NCBI GenBank assembly: GCA_965215685.1
Contig: OZ244113.1
Span: 2,429,652 to 2,493,651, forward strand
Source: Chitinophagales bacterium
GTDB taxonomy: Bacteria; Bacteroidota; Bacteroidia; Chitinophagales; JAHQVX01
DNA length: 64,000 bases
Reading direction: 5' to 3'
The position numbers were made by a program, and so were the translations under genes. The notes below the pieces were generated by a model. The model did no database searches, was not told the DNA's origin, and saw nothing but the letters and a program-made list of their open reading frames with translations. Shown in pieces: positions 20,286 to 29,690 of the stretch (positions within the stretch are counted from its first letter, which is position 1; the number at the start of each line of letters is the position of its first letter).

Positions 20286-20818
20286 TGCATAAACATTATA
20301 ATAATATTGTGCTTTTAGTAGATGACAACGATAAAGTTATCGGAAACATGGATAAATTGTTGGCACATGAGCTTGGCGTATTACACAGGGCTTTTTCTGT
20401 ATTTCTGTTTAATGGACAGAATGAGTTATTATTACAAAAGCGTTCCAGCCAAAAATATCACTCGGCTGGGTTATGGAGTAATACTTGTTGCAGCCACCCT
20501 GTTACCGACAACATCCAAACCGAAGCCGAAATCAGGCTTAAAGAAGAAATGGGAATAGAAGGAAACTTGGTTAAGCTGTTCACCAGTCAGTACAATTTAC
20601 TTGTAAGTGAAGACATGAAAGAGCGCGAAATGGATCATGTGTACATTGCCTACAGCGACTTACAACCCAAGCCCAATCCTGATGAGGTGGAAGACTATAA
20701 ATGGCTCTCGATTGATGAATTAGACCATGATCTGCTAAGAAATGAAGATCAATACTCATCATGGTTTAAGATTTTATATCCAAAGGTTCGTAAACATATA
20801 TTGGAAAACAATGTTTGA
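20285..20818 (+). CDS. idi: Isopentenyl-diphosphate delta-isomerase, type 1
   Basis: 177 aa. Nudix-like fold with the WSNTCCSHP active-site motif. Confidence 0.9.
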   Translation: MHKHYNNIVLLVDDNDKVIGNMDKLLAHELGVLHRAFSVFLFNGQNELLLQKRSSQKYHSAGLWSNTCCSHPVTDNIQTEAEIRLKEEMGIEGNLVKLFTSQYNLLVSEDMKEREMDHVYIAYSDLQPKPNPDEVEDYKWLSIDELDHDLLRNEDQYSSWFKILYPKVRKHILENNV

Positions 20819-21272
20819 TCGAAGTCATATATTAACCAGGCAACAAATAATAAAAGCAGATATAAAAGATGTTTGGGCTTTTTTTTCTAATCCCGCCAAC
20901 TTATCCTTGATTACACCACCTTCAATGAACTTTCAGGTGGTTTCAGAATTAGGTGAACAGGTCAGGGAGGGTCAGATAATTGAGTACCGGGTAAAGCCCC
21001 TGCCTGGATTAAGGATGAAATGGGTTTCAAGGATCAGCAAACTTATTCCAAACAAAAGTTTTACCGATGTACAGCTCCAGGGTCCATATAAACTTTGGAG
21101 ACACCATCATGTCTTTAAAGAAGTAGAACAAGGAGTTGAAATGACGGATACAATTGAGTATGCGCTATCCTTCTGGCCACTCGGAAATTTGCTCTTGCCT
21201 GTGATAAAGCACCGACTAAGCTTTATATTTAACTACCGGTACAAATTTGTTGAATCGTATTTTAATAAATGA
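20811..21272 (+). CDS. SRPBCC (cyclase/dehydrase-like) ligand-binding protein
   Basis: The track ORF starts at 20742 inside idi. Met at 20811 (MFDRSHILTRQQ) overlaps the idi stop by 8 nt. The sequence resembles SRPBCC proteins commonly embedded in Bacteroidota crt clusters. Confidence 0.65.
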   Translation: MFDRSHILTRQQIIKADIKDVWAFFSNPANLSLITPPSMNFQVVSELGEQVREGQIIEYRVKPLPGLRMKWVSRISKLIPNKSFTDVQLQGPYKLWRHHHVFKEVEQGVEMTDTIEYALSFWPLGNLLLPVIKHRLSFIFNYRYKFVESYFNK

Positions 21273-21745
21273 TTATAGCCCTTTACATATTAATTGTTGT
21301 TGTTGCATTTCTGATCATGGAATTTTCAGCCTGGGCTATGCACAAGTTTGTAATGCATGGTTTCCTATGGCATTTACACGAAGATCATCATGTACCGCGG
21401 AAAGGTTTCTTTGAAAAAAATGACACTTTTTTTCTAATATATGCTGTTCCGACCATCCTGCTTTTTTACTTTGGGTCGCGTAACGGTATTGATTACAGGT
21501 TCTTTATCGGACTCGGCATTTTTCTTTATGGCACTGCCTACTTTTTAGTACACGATGTGCTTATTCATCAACGATTCAAGTGGTTTCGCCGCACGAACAA
21601 TGTTTATTTCAGGGCCTTACGAAAGGCGCACAAGGTGCACCATAAACATTTGGGTAAAGAAGATGGTGAGTGCTTTGGTATGCTTATAGTTCCTTACAAA
21701 TATTTCAAAGAGGCGCGTCAAATGGTTAAAGCCGCAGCTTCCTGA
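21269..21745 (+). CDS. crtZ: Beta-carotene hydroxylase
   Basis: 158 aa membrane protein. His boxes HEDHH, HDVLIHQRF and HKVHHKH. Confidence 0.88.
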   Translation: MIIALYILIVVVAFLIMEFSAWAMHKFVMHGFLWHLHEDHHVPRKGFFEKNDTFFLIYAVPTILLFYFGSRNGIDYRFFIGLGIFLYGTAYFLVHDVLIHQRFKWFRRTNNVYFRALRKAHKVHHKHLGKEDGECFGMLIVPYKYFKEARQMVKAAAS

Positions 21746-21750
21746 TTTTC

Positions 21751-22437
21751 ATGGAAAAGTACTTATACCTATTAATAAATGTAGCATCAGTGAGCATTCC
21801 GTTACTGGCTTCCTTTCACAGGAGGTTAAAGTTCAATAGACATTTTAAACCCCTGTTGTTTGCACTGATATCAACAGCCATCCTGTTTCTTATTTGGGAT
21901 GAGATTTTTACCAGGCAAGGTATTTGGGGCTTTAATGACAGGTATATCACCGGCTTTAAAATAGGCGCATTGCCCGTTGAAGAAATTCTGTTTTTCTTCT
22001 GTATTCCTTTTGCATGTGTGTTTACCTACTATTCATTAGGAAAAATAAAAAGGTCAGCTTTCGGCATTAAGGGAATAAATCTTATCTATGCTTTCTTAGG
22101 AGTTTTATTCATCGTTTCCACTTTTGCCTTTCCCGCACAACGTTACACACAAATAACGTTTTTAATTACAGGAACAACCTTATTACTTTCAAACCTCGCG
22201 CTAAGCAAGGAACAACAAAGCCGTTTTTTAGTCAGTTATTTAATTCTTCTAATTCCCTTTTTTATAACCAATGGTGTTTTAACAGGTTCATGGATACCGG
22301 AAGAGGTCGTTTGGTATAATGATTCTGAGCACCTGGGAATCAGGGTAGGCACGGTACCGATAAACGATATGGCTTACATGCTGGCACTTCTCTTAATGAA
22401 TGTGTCGCTGTTCGAATGGTTCAGATCCAGGGGATAA
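21751..22437 (+). CDS. Lycopene cyclase domain protein (fused CrtYc/Yd type)
   Basis: 228 aa, multi-pass membrane protein with two internally similar halves. Its position at the end of the crt operon is consistent. Confidence 0.78.
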   Translation: MEKYLYLLINVASVSIPLLASFHRRLKFNRHFKPLLFALISTAILFLIWDEIFTRQGIWGFNDRYITGFKIGALPVEEILFFFCIPFACVFTYYSLGKIKRSAFGIKGINLIYAFLGVLFIVSTFAFPAQRYTQITFLITGTTLLLSNLALSKEQQSRFLVSYLILLIPFFITNGVLTGSWIPEEVVWYNDSEHLGIRVGTVPINDMAYMLALLLMNVSLFEWFRSRG

Positions 22438-22553
22438 CGCACAATGTGTTTGTTTTGAAACAGATAGGCACATAGTTTCTCTTAACATGCTCAATAAACT
22501 TTATAAACTAATAACTCTGTAAACTGAAAATACCGAACTTCGCACCTTTGATT

Positions 22554-22677
22554 AAACATATAGGCATATAGTTTATTAAGTGACTAAACGGCATCTATCT
22601 ATGTACACTTTGTTAAACTGATATGAACTAAAATATTTAAGATTAAAAAGTGAATGCTGCTATGTTCCTATGTGGTT
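22554..22677. repeat. MITE-like 124-bp element, CTATGTG subfamily (D)
   Basis: Termini AAACATATAGgCATATAG ... CTATGTtcCTATGTGGTT (inverted, each a duplicated 7-8-mer). Ends 10 nt before the metG start. Confidence 0.55.
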
Positions 22678-22686
22678 AGAGAATGA

Positions 22687-24765
22687 ATGCTTAAAGCTTT
22701 AATAGTGCCAGAACCGAAAAGATATCTTGTAACATCCGCTTTGCCATACGCCAATGGCCCTCTGCATATTGGACACCTGGCCGGTGCGTACATTAACGCC
22801 GACATATATGTGCGCTATTTACGTGCTAAGGGAAAGGATGTAGCCTTTATCTGCGGTAGTGACGAGCACGGCGCAGCCATTACCATTCGGGCTAAGAAGG
22901 AAGGAACCACACCCAAAGCCATTATTGATAAATATCACAGCATCATAAAAAAGGCATTTGAAGATTTTGGCATTTCATTCGATATATATCACCGCACTTC
23001 CGATCCATTACACCATATAACTTCGCAGGAAGTATTCACCAGACTGAACAATGACGGTAAGTTTGTTCAAAAGGAAAGCGAGCAGTATTATGATAAAGAA
23101 GCTAACCAATTTTTGGCCGACCGTTATATAAAAGGAACTTGTCCTAACTGCAACTACGAAGAAGCCTATGGTGACCAGTGTGAGAATTGCGGTACCAGCC
23201 TAAGTCCGCGTGAGTTAATAAATCCGCGTTCAACACTCAGTGATTCCGAACCGGTATTGCGAAAAACCACGCACTGGTATTTTCCCTTAAATGAATATGA
23301 AAACTGGCTGAAGGAATGGATACTTGACGGACATAAAGATTGGAAGAAAAATGTTTACGGCCAATGTAAAAGCTGGTTGGAAAACGGTCTGCAACCACGT
23401 GCTATGACGCGCGATCTGGATTGGGGAATTCCTGTACCTGTTGAGGGTGCCAAAGGCAAAGTCCTTTACGTTTGGATGGATGCGCCTATTGGCTATATTT
23501 CAGCAACAAAGCAATGGGCTGAAGATATGGGCAAAGATTGGAAAGACTATTGGATGAGCGAGGACAGCCATTTGATTCATTTCATAGGCAAGGATAACAT
23601 TGTATTTCATTGTATCACCTTCCCGGCGGTTTTGAAGGCACATGGAGGCTTTAACCTTCCGGTTAATGTGCCGGCCAATGAGTTTATGAATTTGGAAGGC
23701 GATAAGATCTCCACTTCAAGGAATTGGGCAATATGGTTACATGAGTATTTAGCTGAGTTTCCCGGTAAGCAAGATGAATTGCGCTATGTTCTCACAGCCA
23801 ATATGCCTGAAACCAAGGACAGTGAATTTACGTGGAAGGATTACCAAAGCCGTGTGAACAGCGAGTTGGTGGCCAACCTGGGTAATTTTGTGAATCGTGT
23901 TTTTGTGTTAACCAATAAGTACTTTAATGGGAAGGTGCCTGCATTGGATGAATCAGCCCTAACGGATGAAAACAAGGCTGTCATTCGGGAACTTGCAACA
24001 TTCAAGTCGAAAATATCTGATGAACTGGACAACTTTCGCTTTCGTGAAGCCCTGGCTGAAATAATGAATATTGGCAGGCTTGGAAACAAATTCCTGGCCG
24101 ATACCGAGCCCTGGAAATTGATAAAAACCGATGAAGATTCAGTAAAGAACATCTTGCACATAAGCCTTCAAATAGCTGCGAATTTGGCCATTGCCATGAA
24201 ACCATTCCTTCCAAACTCATCTCAAAAATTAATTGATATGATAAAATTGAAAAACGAAGGTTGGGAACTTTTGGGCAACATTGATCTTGTGCCTGCCGGC
24301 CATCAACTTGGCGAATTTGATCATCTTTTTTCTAAAGTGGAAGATGCCGTTGTGGAAGCTCAGGTTGCCAAACTGCATGCGACAAAAGAAGCCCAAACTT
24401 TAAATCTTGAACCTGAAACCTTAAACCAATATAAACCTATGATCCAATTCGATGATTTTACAAAAATTGACCTTCGCATCGGCACAATTAAAGAAGCTGT
24501 GAAAGTACCGGAAACCGATAAACTCCTTCATTTTAGCGTAGATATGGGTAATGGTGAAATACGGTCGGTTATATCGGGTGTTGCGCAATACTACCAGCCC
24601 GAAGAAACCATTGGCAAACAGGTTTGTGTAGTGGCTAACCTTACACCTCGAAAAATGCGCGGTATCGAAAGTCAGGGTATGATATTGTTTGCCGAAGATG
24701 CCGAAGGCAACCTCAAATTCATGAGCCCTGAAGCTGTAATGCCAAATGGCAGTGTGGTGGCGTGA
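22687..24765 (+). CDS. metG: Methionine--tRNA ligase
   Basis: 692 aa. HIGH motif (PLHIGHLAG), KMSKS variant (DKISTSR), zinc knuckles CPNC...CENCG, and a C-terminal tRNA-binding domain. Confidence 0.96.
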   Translation: MLKALIVPEPKRYLVTSALPYANGPLHIGHLAGAYINADIYVRYLRAKGKDVAFICGSDEHGAAITIRAKKEGTTPKAIIDKYHSIIKKAFEDFGISFDIYHRTSDPLHHITSQEVFTRLNNDGKFVQKESEQYYDKEANQFLADRYIKGTCPNCNYEEAYGDQCENCGTSLSPRELINPRSTLSDSEPVLRKTTHWYFPLNEYENWLKEWILDGHKDWKKNVYGQCKSWLENGLQPRAMTRDLDWGIPVPVEGAKGKVLYVWMDAPIGYISATKQWAEDMGKDWKDYWMSEDSHLIHFIGKDNIVFHCITFPAVLKAHGGFNLPVNVPANEFMNLEGDKISTSRNWAIWLHEYLAEFPGKQDELRYVLTANMPETKDSEFTWKDYQSRVNSELVANLGNFVNRVFVLTNKYFNGKVPALDESALTDENKAVIRELATFKSKISDELDNFRFREALAEIMNIGRLGNKFLADTEPWKLIKTDEDSVKNILHISLQIAANLAIAMKPFLPNSSQKLIDMIKLKNEGWELLGNIDLVPAGHQLGEFDHLFSKVEDAVVEAQVAKLHATKEAQTLNLEPETLNQYKPMIQFDDFTKIDLRIGTIKEAVKVPETDKLLHFSVDMGNGEIRSVISGVAQYYQPEETIGKQVCVVANLTPRKMRGIESQGMILFAEDAEGNLKFMSPEAVMPNGSVVA

Positions 24766-24814
24766 TCTTCCTGGGTGTGTTATTGGTGAATTAGTAAACT
24801 GGTGAAATAGCAAA

Positions 24815-24890
24815 AACTCTGTGAAACACTCTGCGTACTCTGTGGTTAAATAAAATGGAAAAACCGCAAAGTCGCCAAGCACGCAAAGGC
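24815..24890 (+). repeat. CTCTGTG-type stutter element (B1), right-end type only
   Basis: AACTCTGTGaaacACTCTGCGtACTCTGTGGTT followed by AAATAAAATGGAAAAACCGCAAAGTCGCC, which resembles the tail of 26493-26565. Confidence 0.5.
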
Positions 24891-24995
24891 CTGTACTTAT
24901 GCTTCACTAAAATCTTGTCACACTGGCTCGTCGAAATATAGAAAATTTGGTAAGCAGGTGAACCAAACATTACCGATTTATGTTATACTATTAAA

Positions 24996-26456
24996 ATGCC
25001 TTCCTTCAAACCCAGATTTAGTTGGCAGCTTATAGAGCGAAAGTGGATGATTACCGGAATTGTTACCGGATTAGGGGCCTCTACAGCTTTCTATTTATTG
25101 ATAACTGGAATACGGTATGGTCTGGGACTACTCTTATCCCATAATGTTTACAGCCCATACATTTTCTACAGCACTAGCTACAATGAGCAAACTGTATTCT
25201 TTGCCGCCATCTCATCTTTGCTTGGGCTATCCATTTGTTTTTCATTTTGGATTCATAGAATTAAAGTTGGAAGAAGAAGGTTTAGAATTACTACTTTGAT
25301 TGATCAATGGAATGTTTTATTGACCACCTTGATGTTTTCTACACGAATGGCCACACTTGTTCCTATAATCATCATGCCTGGCTTTGCCCGTGGTCTTGAT
25401 TTAATACGGTTTAATCTACTTCCTTTATACATTTTAGCGGTTACGGTATTATGCCTTAACCAATATCTTAACTTGCGAAGATGGCTCATACTTCCTATTA
25501 GTCTATACGTAAGTCACCTTCTTGGTATGTTGGTTCTTTCTTCTGTCCTTTGCCTGATTAATCCATTTGACCTAATCAAAACGCAAACTAGAATTGCAGG
25601 GGAACATCAGGTCTTCTTACAAGAAATTGACTTACCTGTTCTGGAAATTCAGTTTAGAAATAGGCATTGGAGGGGAAACCCTAAGAATATATATGTGAAT
25701 TCCTCTAACGATGAATTTCCATATAGTATTGATGGAATTCAGACAAGTCTTAGTGATATTGGCCTTGTAGATTCTCTTGATCAGGAATTTTGGAGAAGAA
25801 GTTACCATTTAATGTTAGACCAAATGGCCTTCATATTTGCCGATAAGTCCACCCCTATGCGGAATGTATTAGCACTAAGGGCCATTCTTTCGGAACAAGG
25901 TGTAAATAATATAGGCTATAAGTATGGAAGAATTAAACAGGCAGGCAGAATTCTACCTTCTACGTATTTATTTGAAAGGGATTTTTACTGGAATTGCGCT
26001 AAAATTGGGAAATACAGTATTGAATTTGACGAAGATATTCCTGAAACACCTCCTCCGCCTCCGAATAACAACTTGGACAAACCTCTGACTTGCGATGAAG
26101 TTTTAGCATACATAAAAACGGAATATACCAGGGCTTACATAACAGACGCAGGTGTACATATTCAAGATAATTTAATTCCCTTTGAAGACTTGCATGAAGC
26201 GTTGTTAGATAAACTTAGAGAAGATCAGCAGTTCTACTTTGAATACACACTTAATCTTGAATATCAACATTACCTACACACAAAACTGATCTTCAAAACG
26301 GTATTGGATGAGTTAAGAGCAGCAAAATCGAAAGAGTTATACGGTCAGAAACCATATTTAACTTTCAATGAACAAAGACTCGTTAATCAAAAAGTTCCAA
26401 TGTTCTTCACTGATGCGGTCATGCACTATGAGCTTAAAAAAGAATTTGAACCTTAA
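24996..26456 (+). CDS. Hypothetical multi-pass membrane protein with a soluble C-terminal half (weak ExbD/TolR-like resemblance)
   Basis: 486-aa ORF. Several hydrophobic helices in the first ~200 aa. The segment IFADKSTPMRNVLALRAILSEQGVNNIGY is reminiscent of ExbD. Function is not established. Confidence 0.7.
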   Translation: MPSFKPRFSWQLIERKWMITGIVTGLGASTAFYLLITGIRYGLGLLLSHNVYSPYIFYSTSYNEQTVFFAAISSLLGLSICFSFWIHRIKVGRRRFRITTLIDQWNVLLTTLMFSTRMATLVPIIIMPGFARGLDLIRFNLLPLYILAVTVLCLNQYLNLRRWLILPISLYVSHLLGMLVLSSVLCLINPFDLIKTQTRIAGEHQVFLQEIDLPVLEIQFRNRHWRGNPKNIYVNSSNDEFPYSIDGIQTSLSDIGLVDSLDQEFWRRSYHLMLDQMAFIFADKSTPMRNVLALRAILSEQGVNNIGYKYGRIKQAGRILPSTYLFERDFYWNCAKIGKYSIEFDEDIPETPPPPPNNNLDKPLTCDEVLAYIKTEYTRAYITDAGVHIQDNLIPFEDLHEALLDKLREDQQFYFEYTLNLEYQHYLHTKLIFKTVLDELRAAKSKELYGQKPYLTFNEQRLVNQKVPMFFTDAVMHYELKKEFEP

Positions 26457-26492
26457 CCAATTATATCAACCCTTTTGGAAGTTTGGCAAATG

Positions 26493-26565
26493 CACTTTGT
26501 GTAACTCCGTGTTAAACTTTGTGTACTCTGTGGTTAATAAATAAGGGTAATCGTAAAGTCGCGAT
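26493..26565 (+). repeat. CTCTGTG-type stutter element (B2)
   Basis: CACTTTGTGtAACTCCGTGttAAACTTTGTGtACTCTGTGGTT followed by AATAAATAAGGGTAATCGTAAAGTCGCG. Confidence 0.5.
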
Positions 26566-26615
26566 GTTTCAATAACTAAAAACCGCTAACTTTATTATTC
26601 TCTAAAAATTTTAAT

Positions 26616-28082
26616 ATGGCCTTACTCACCGAACCAAAAGAAGCCAAAAACTATATCGACGGAAAATTTGAAACCAACGGTCAACGCCGTATGCCTGTAA
26701 TAAGCCCCATTGACGGGAGAAATATAGGAGAACTACCCCTTTCGGGTGTATCTGATTTGGACAAAGCAGTAAAAGCAGCTACGGCAGCATTGTCCGCCTG
26801 GAGTGGCCTTACTATAAAAGAGCGAGTGCAGTTCTTCTTCAGATACCGCCAATTATTGGAAGAAAATAAGGATGAATTGGCCGGGATCGTTCACATTGAA
26901 AACGGAAAAACTATGGGAGAGTCCATGGCCGAAGTACTCAAAAGCATTGAACTCTGCGAGTTTGCCGTGAGTATGCCGCAGATCATTACTAACGAAGTAC
27001 AAGAGGTGAGTAAAGGGGTAGAGTGCCGAACAGAACGCAAACCCGTTGGTGTAGTAGCATCAATTACTCCTTTCAATTTCCCCAACATGGTACCCCACTG
27101 GACGGTGCCTAATGCTTTAGTTCTCGGAAATACTATGATCCTCAAACCCAGCGAAGTCGTGCCTATGAGTGCTATTCGCATGGCTGAATTACTAAAAGAA
27201 GCCGGCTTGCCTGATGGCGTGTTCAATATTGTTCATGGTGATAAAGAAATAGTTGAAGCCATTTGTGATCACCCAGGCATTGAGGCGGTAACCTTTGTAG
27301 GTTCTACCAAGGTGGCCAAGATCGTTTATAAGCGGGCATCATCAAACTTAAAAAGATGTGTGGCTCTTGGCGGGGCTAAAAATCATTTACTTGTTCTTCC
27401 TGATGCCAACCCGGAAATGACGGCCAACAACGTAGTGGCCTCTATGAGTGGTTGTGCGGGACAACGATGTATGGCAGCATCTGTAATGGTTGGCGTAGAT
27501 AAGGTGCAACATATTATTGACAGAATGGTAGAAGAAGCTAAAAGTATTGTGCCGGGTGAAAGCTTAGGCTCGGTCATTACAAAGGCAGCCAAGGAAAGAA
27601 TTGAGGGATACATAACCGAAGCTGAAGAGCAAGGTGCTAAAATTTTGGTTGACGGACGCGGTACCACTGTTGAAGGGAAGGAAAACGGATTTTACGTTGG
27701 ACCAACCATCATCGACTATGTAACACCCGAAATGAAAGTGGCAAAAGAAGAGATCTTCGGGCCGGTCATTTCCATTATAAGAGCCAAGGATTTAGATGAA
27801 GCTATTAAAATAGAAAACAGCAGCAACTACGGAAATGCAGCAGCCGTATTCACACAAAGCGGCGGCTTAGCAAAGAAAGTAATGGAAAAAGCATCTGCCG
27901 GAATGATTGGCGTGAACATTGGTGTGCCGGTTCCGCGAGAGCCATTCTCCTTCGGCGGTTGGAATGAAAGTAAATTTGGCGTAGGTGATATAACCGGAAA
28001 GAGCTCTATTGAATTTTTTACGCAGAATAAGAAAACAACTATTAAATGGAACCCCGAAGCAAAAACAAATTGGATGAGCTGA
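26616..28082 (+). CDS. mmsA: Methylmalonate-semialdehyde dehydrogenase (CoA-acylating)
   Basis: 488 aa aldehyde dehydrogenase with catalytic CAGQRCMA. Confidence 0.9.
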   Translation: MALLTEPKEAKNYIDGKFETNGQRRMPVISPIDGRNIGELPLSGVSDLDKAVKAATAALSAWSGLTIKERVQFFFRYRQLLEENKDELAGIVHIENGKTMGESMAEVLKSIELCEFAVSMPQIITNEVQEVSKGVECRTERKPVGVVASITPFNFPNMVPHWTVPNALVLGNTMILKPSEVVPMSAIRMAELLKEAGLPDGVFNIVHGDKEIVEAICDHPGIEAVTFVGSTKVAKIVYKRASSNLKRCVALGGAKNHLLVLPDANPEMTANNVVASMSGCAGQRCMAASVMVGVDKVQHIIDRMVEEAKSIVPGESLGSVITKAAKERIEGYITEAEEQGAKILVDGRGTTVEGKENGFYVGPTIIDYVTPEMKVAKEEIFGPVISIIRAKDLDEAIKIENSSNYGNAAAVFTQSGGLAKKVMEKASAGMIGVNIGVPVPREPFSFGGWNESKFGVGDITGKSSIEFFTQNKKTTIKWNPEAKTNWMS

Positions 28083-28432
28083 TGAGAAGAAGTGTAATTG
28101 CCTGTTAAAGGAGACTTACAGTAGAGTGGGGCGTGGCGTAAAGCAAATAGTTTGGCATGCTGCATTACGGTTTTTCGAATCGAAAATAATAACGCCGTAA
28201 TATAAGTTTTGAAGTTGAGTGAAGAAGAAATTCCAATCCATCATCAATAATCCTGACATTAGGGAAAAGATCTTTTGAATACTTTGGCTTACCAACTATG
28301 ATCCATATCCTCATATCAAGCCATTGGTAGCTGTGTAGAGGCTTAATCCAAAGTATTCCATTGTAGCCACCTTTGGCCTTTCAAAAAAGGTGTAACATTC
28401 TAACTACTACATTTACTAATAATTGTTAGGTC

Positions 28433-29665
28433 ATGGCTCGCTTTATCCAATACTTAAAACTTGCACTTCGCAATATTCGTGGTAATCTTCTGCGCACCAT
28501 ACTCACATGCCTGATCATTGCCTTTGGAATTATGGCCCTGGTGGGTATTCAAACAGCTATAAAATCGTTGGGAAATAGTGTAAAAGGAGTGTTTAATCCG
28601 TTGGGTGCCAATGTGATAACTATAACAAATCAAAACCGGTCATTTAATGTGGAAAATAGCGGTAAAAAACCTAACCCCCGAATTACTGCAGAAGAGGCCG
28701 ATGATTTTAAAGAAAAATTCACTTTTCCGGGATCAAAAGTGTCAAGCTATGTTAGCTATCCAGGCACCGTTGAACTGAAGCATCAAGGTGAGAAAACAAA
28801 CCCTAATTTTAATATAGTTGGTGTTGACGAGCACTACTTAGAGATTAGGGGTTTTGAAATAGAGCATGGCCGTTATTTTACAATTAGTGAATTACAAAGC
28901 GGTACAAGCGTGGCATTAATTGGGGCTGATGCTGTTAATGATCTCTTTGACAAAAAAGCAGAAAATGCCATTGATAAATCCATTTTAATTGGCAACCGGC
29001 GCTACAGGATTATTGGAGTTGTGAAAAAAGATGGTCAGGGCTTTAACAGCAATGGCCGTTTAACTTTTGTTCCTGCCAACAATATAGATAGGTTTTACTC
29101 TTTTCTGCAAAACCATGTAGTTAGAATTGGTGTTTCAGAACCTGAGGATGTTAACCGTGCTGTGGCAGAAGCAACAGGTACTATGCGTTTGGCGCGTAAA
29201 CTAAAAACCACCGAAGAAAACGATTTTGATGTACGCGATCCGGGCAGCGCAAATAATGATTTAATAGATGTACTGAATAAGGTAAGCATGGGCGGCTTGC
29301 TAATTGGCATTATTACCTTAACAGGTGCTACCATTGGTCTTATGAATATTATGTTGGTTTCGGTTACGGAGCGTATAAGGGAAATTGGGGTGAGCAAAGC
29401 CATTGGAGCCACGGTGGGTAACATCCGGCTTCAATATTTTATTGAAGGAATTACTATTAGCGTTTTAGGCGGACTTTTGGGTATCATCTTTGGGCTGTTG
29501 ATAGGACTTATAGTAGCCAAACTAACCAAATCGGTTTTTACCATACCCTGGAACTGGGTTTTATGGGGACTCCTGATCTGCATTATAGTTGGAATTATTT
29601 CCAGTGTAATACCGGCTTACAAGGCCAGCAGGCTAAATCCTATTGAGGCATTAAGAAGTGAGTGA
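28433..29665 (+). CDS. ABC transporter permease (MacB-like periplasmic core + FtsX domain)
   Basis: 410 aa. One N-terminal TM helix, a large periplasmic domain, and three C-terminal TM helices ending ...YKASRLNPIEALRSE. Confidence 0.85.
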   Translation: MARFIQYLKLALRNIRGNLLRTILTCLIIAFGIMALVGIQTAIKSLGNSVKGVFNPLGANVITITNQNRSFNVENSGKKPNPRITAEEADDFKEKFTFPGSKVSSYVSYPGTVELKHQGEKTNPNFNIVGVDEHYLEIRGFEIEHGRYFTISELQSGTSVALIGADAVNDLFDKKAENAIDKSILIGNRRYRIIGVVKKDGQGFNSNGRLTFVPANNIDRFYSFLQNHVVRIGVSEPEDVNRAVAEATGTMRLARKLKTTEENDFDVRDPGSANNDLIDVLNKVSMGGLLIGIITLTGATIGLMNIMLVSVTERIREIGVSKAIGATVGNIRLQYFIEGITISVLGGLLGIIFGLLIGLIVAKLTKSVFTIPWNWVLWGLLICIIVGIISSVIPAYKASRLNPIEALRSE

Positions 29666-29690
29666 TTGCCAATTACTACTTACCAACTAC

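Noticed and set aside
24421-24882. 153-aa minus-strand ORF
   Set aside because: It is antisense to the metG C-terminal tRNA-binding domain, and its N-terminus is a translation of the stutter repeat (TTEYAECFTE). Spurious.
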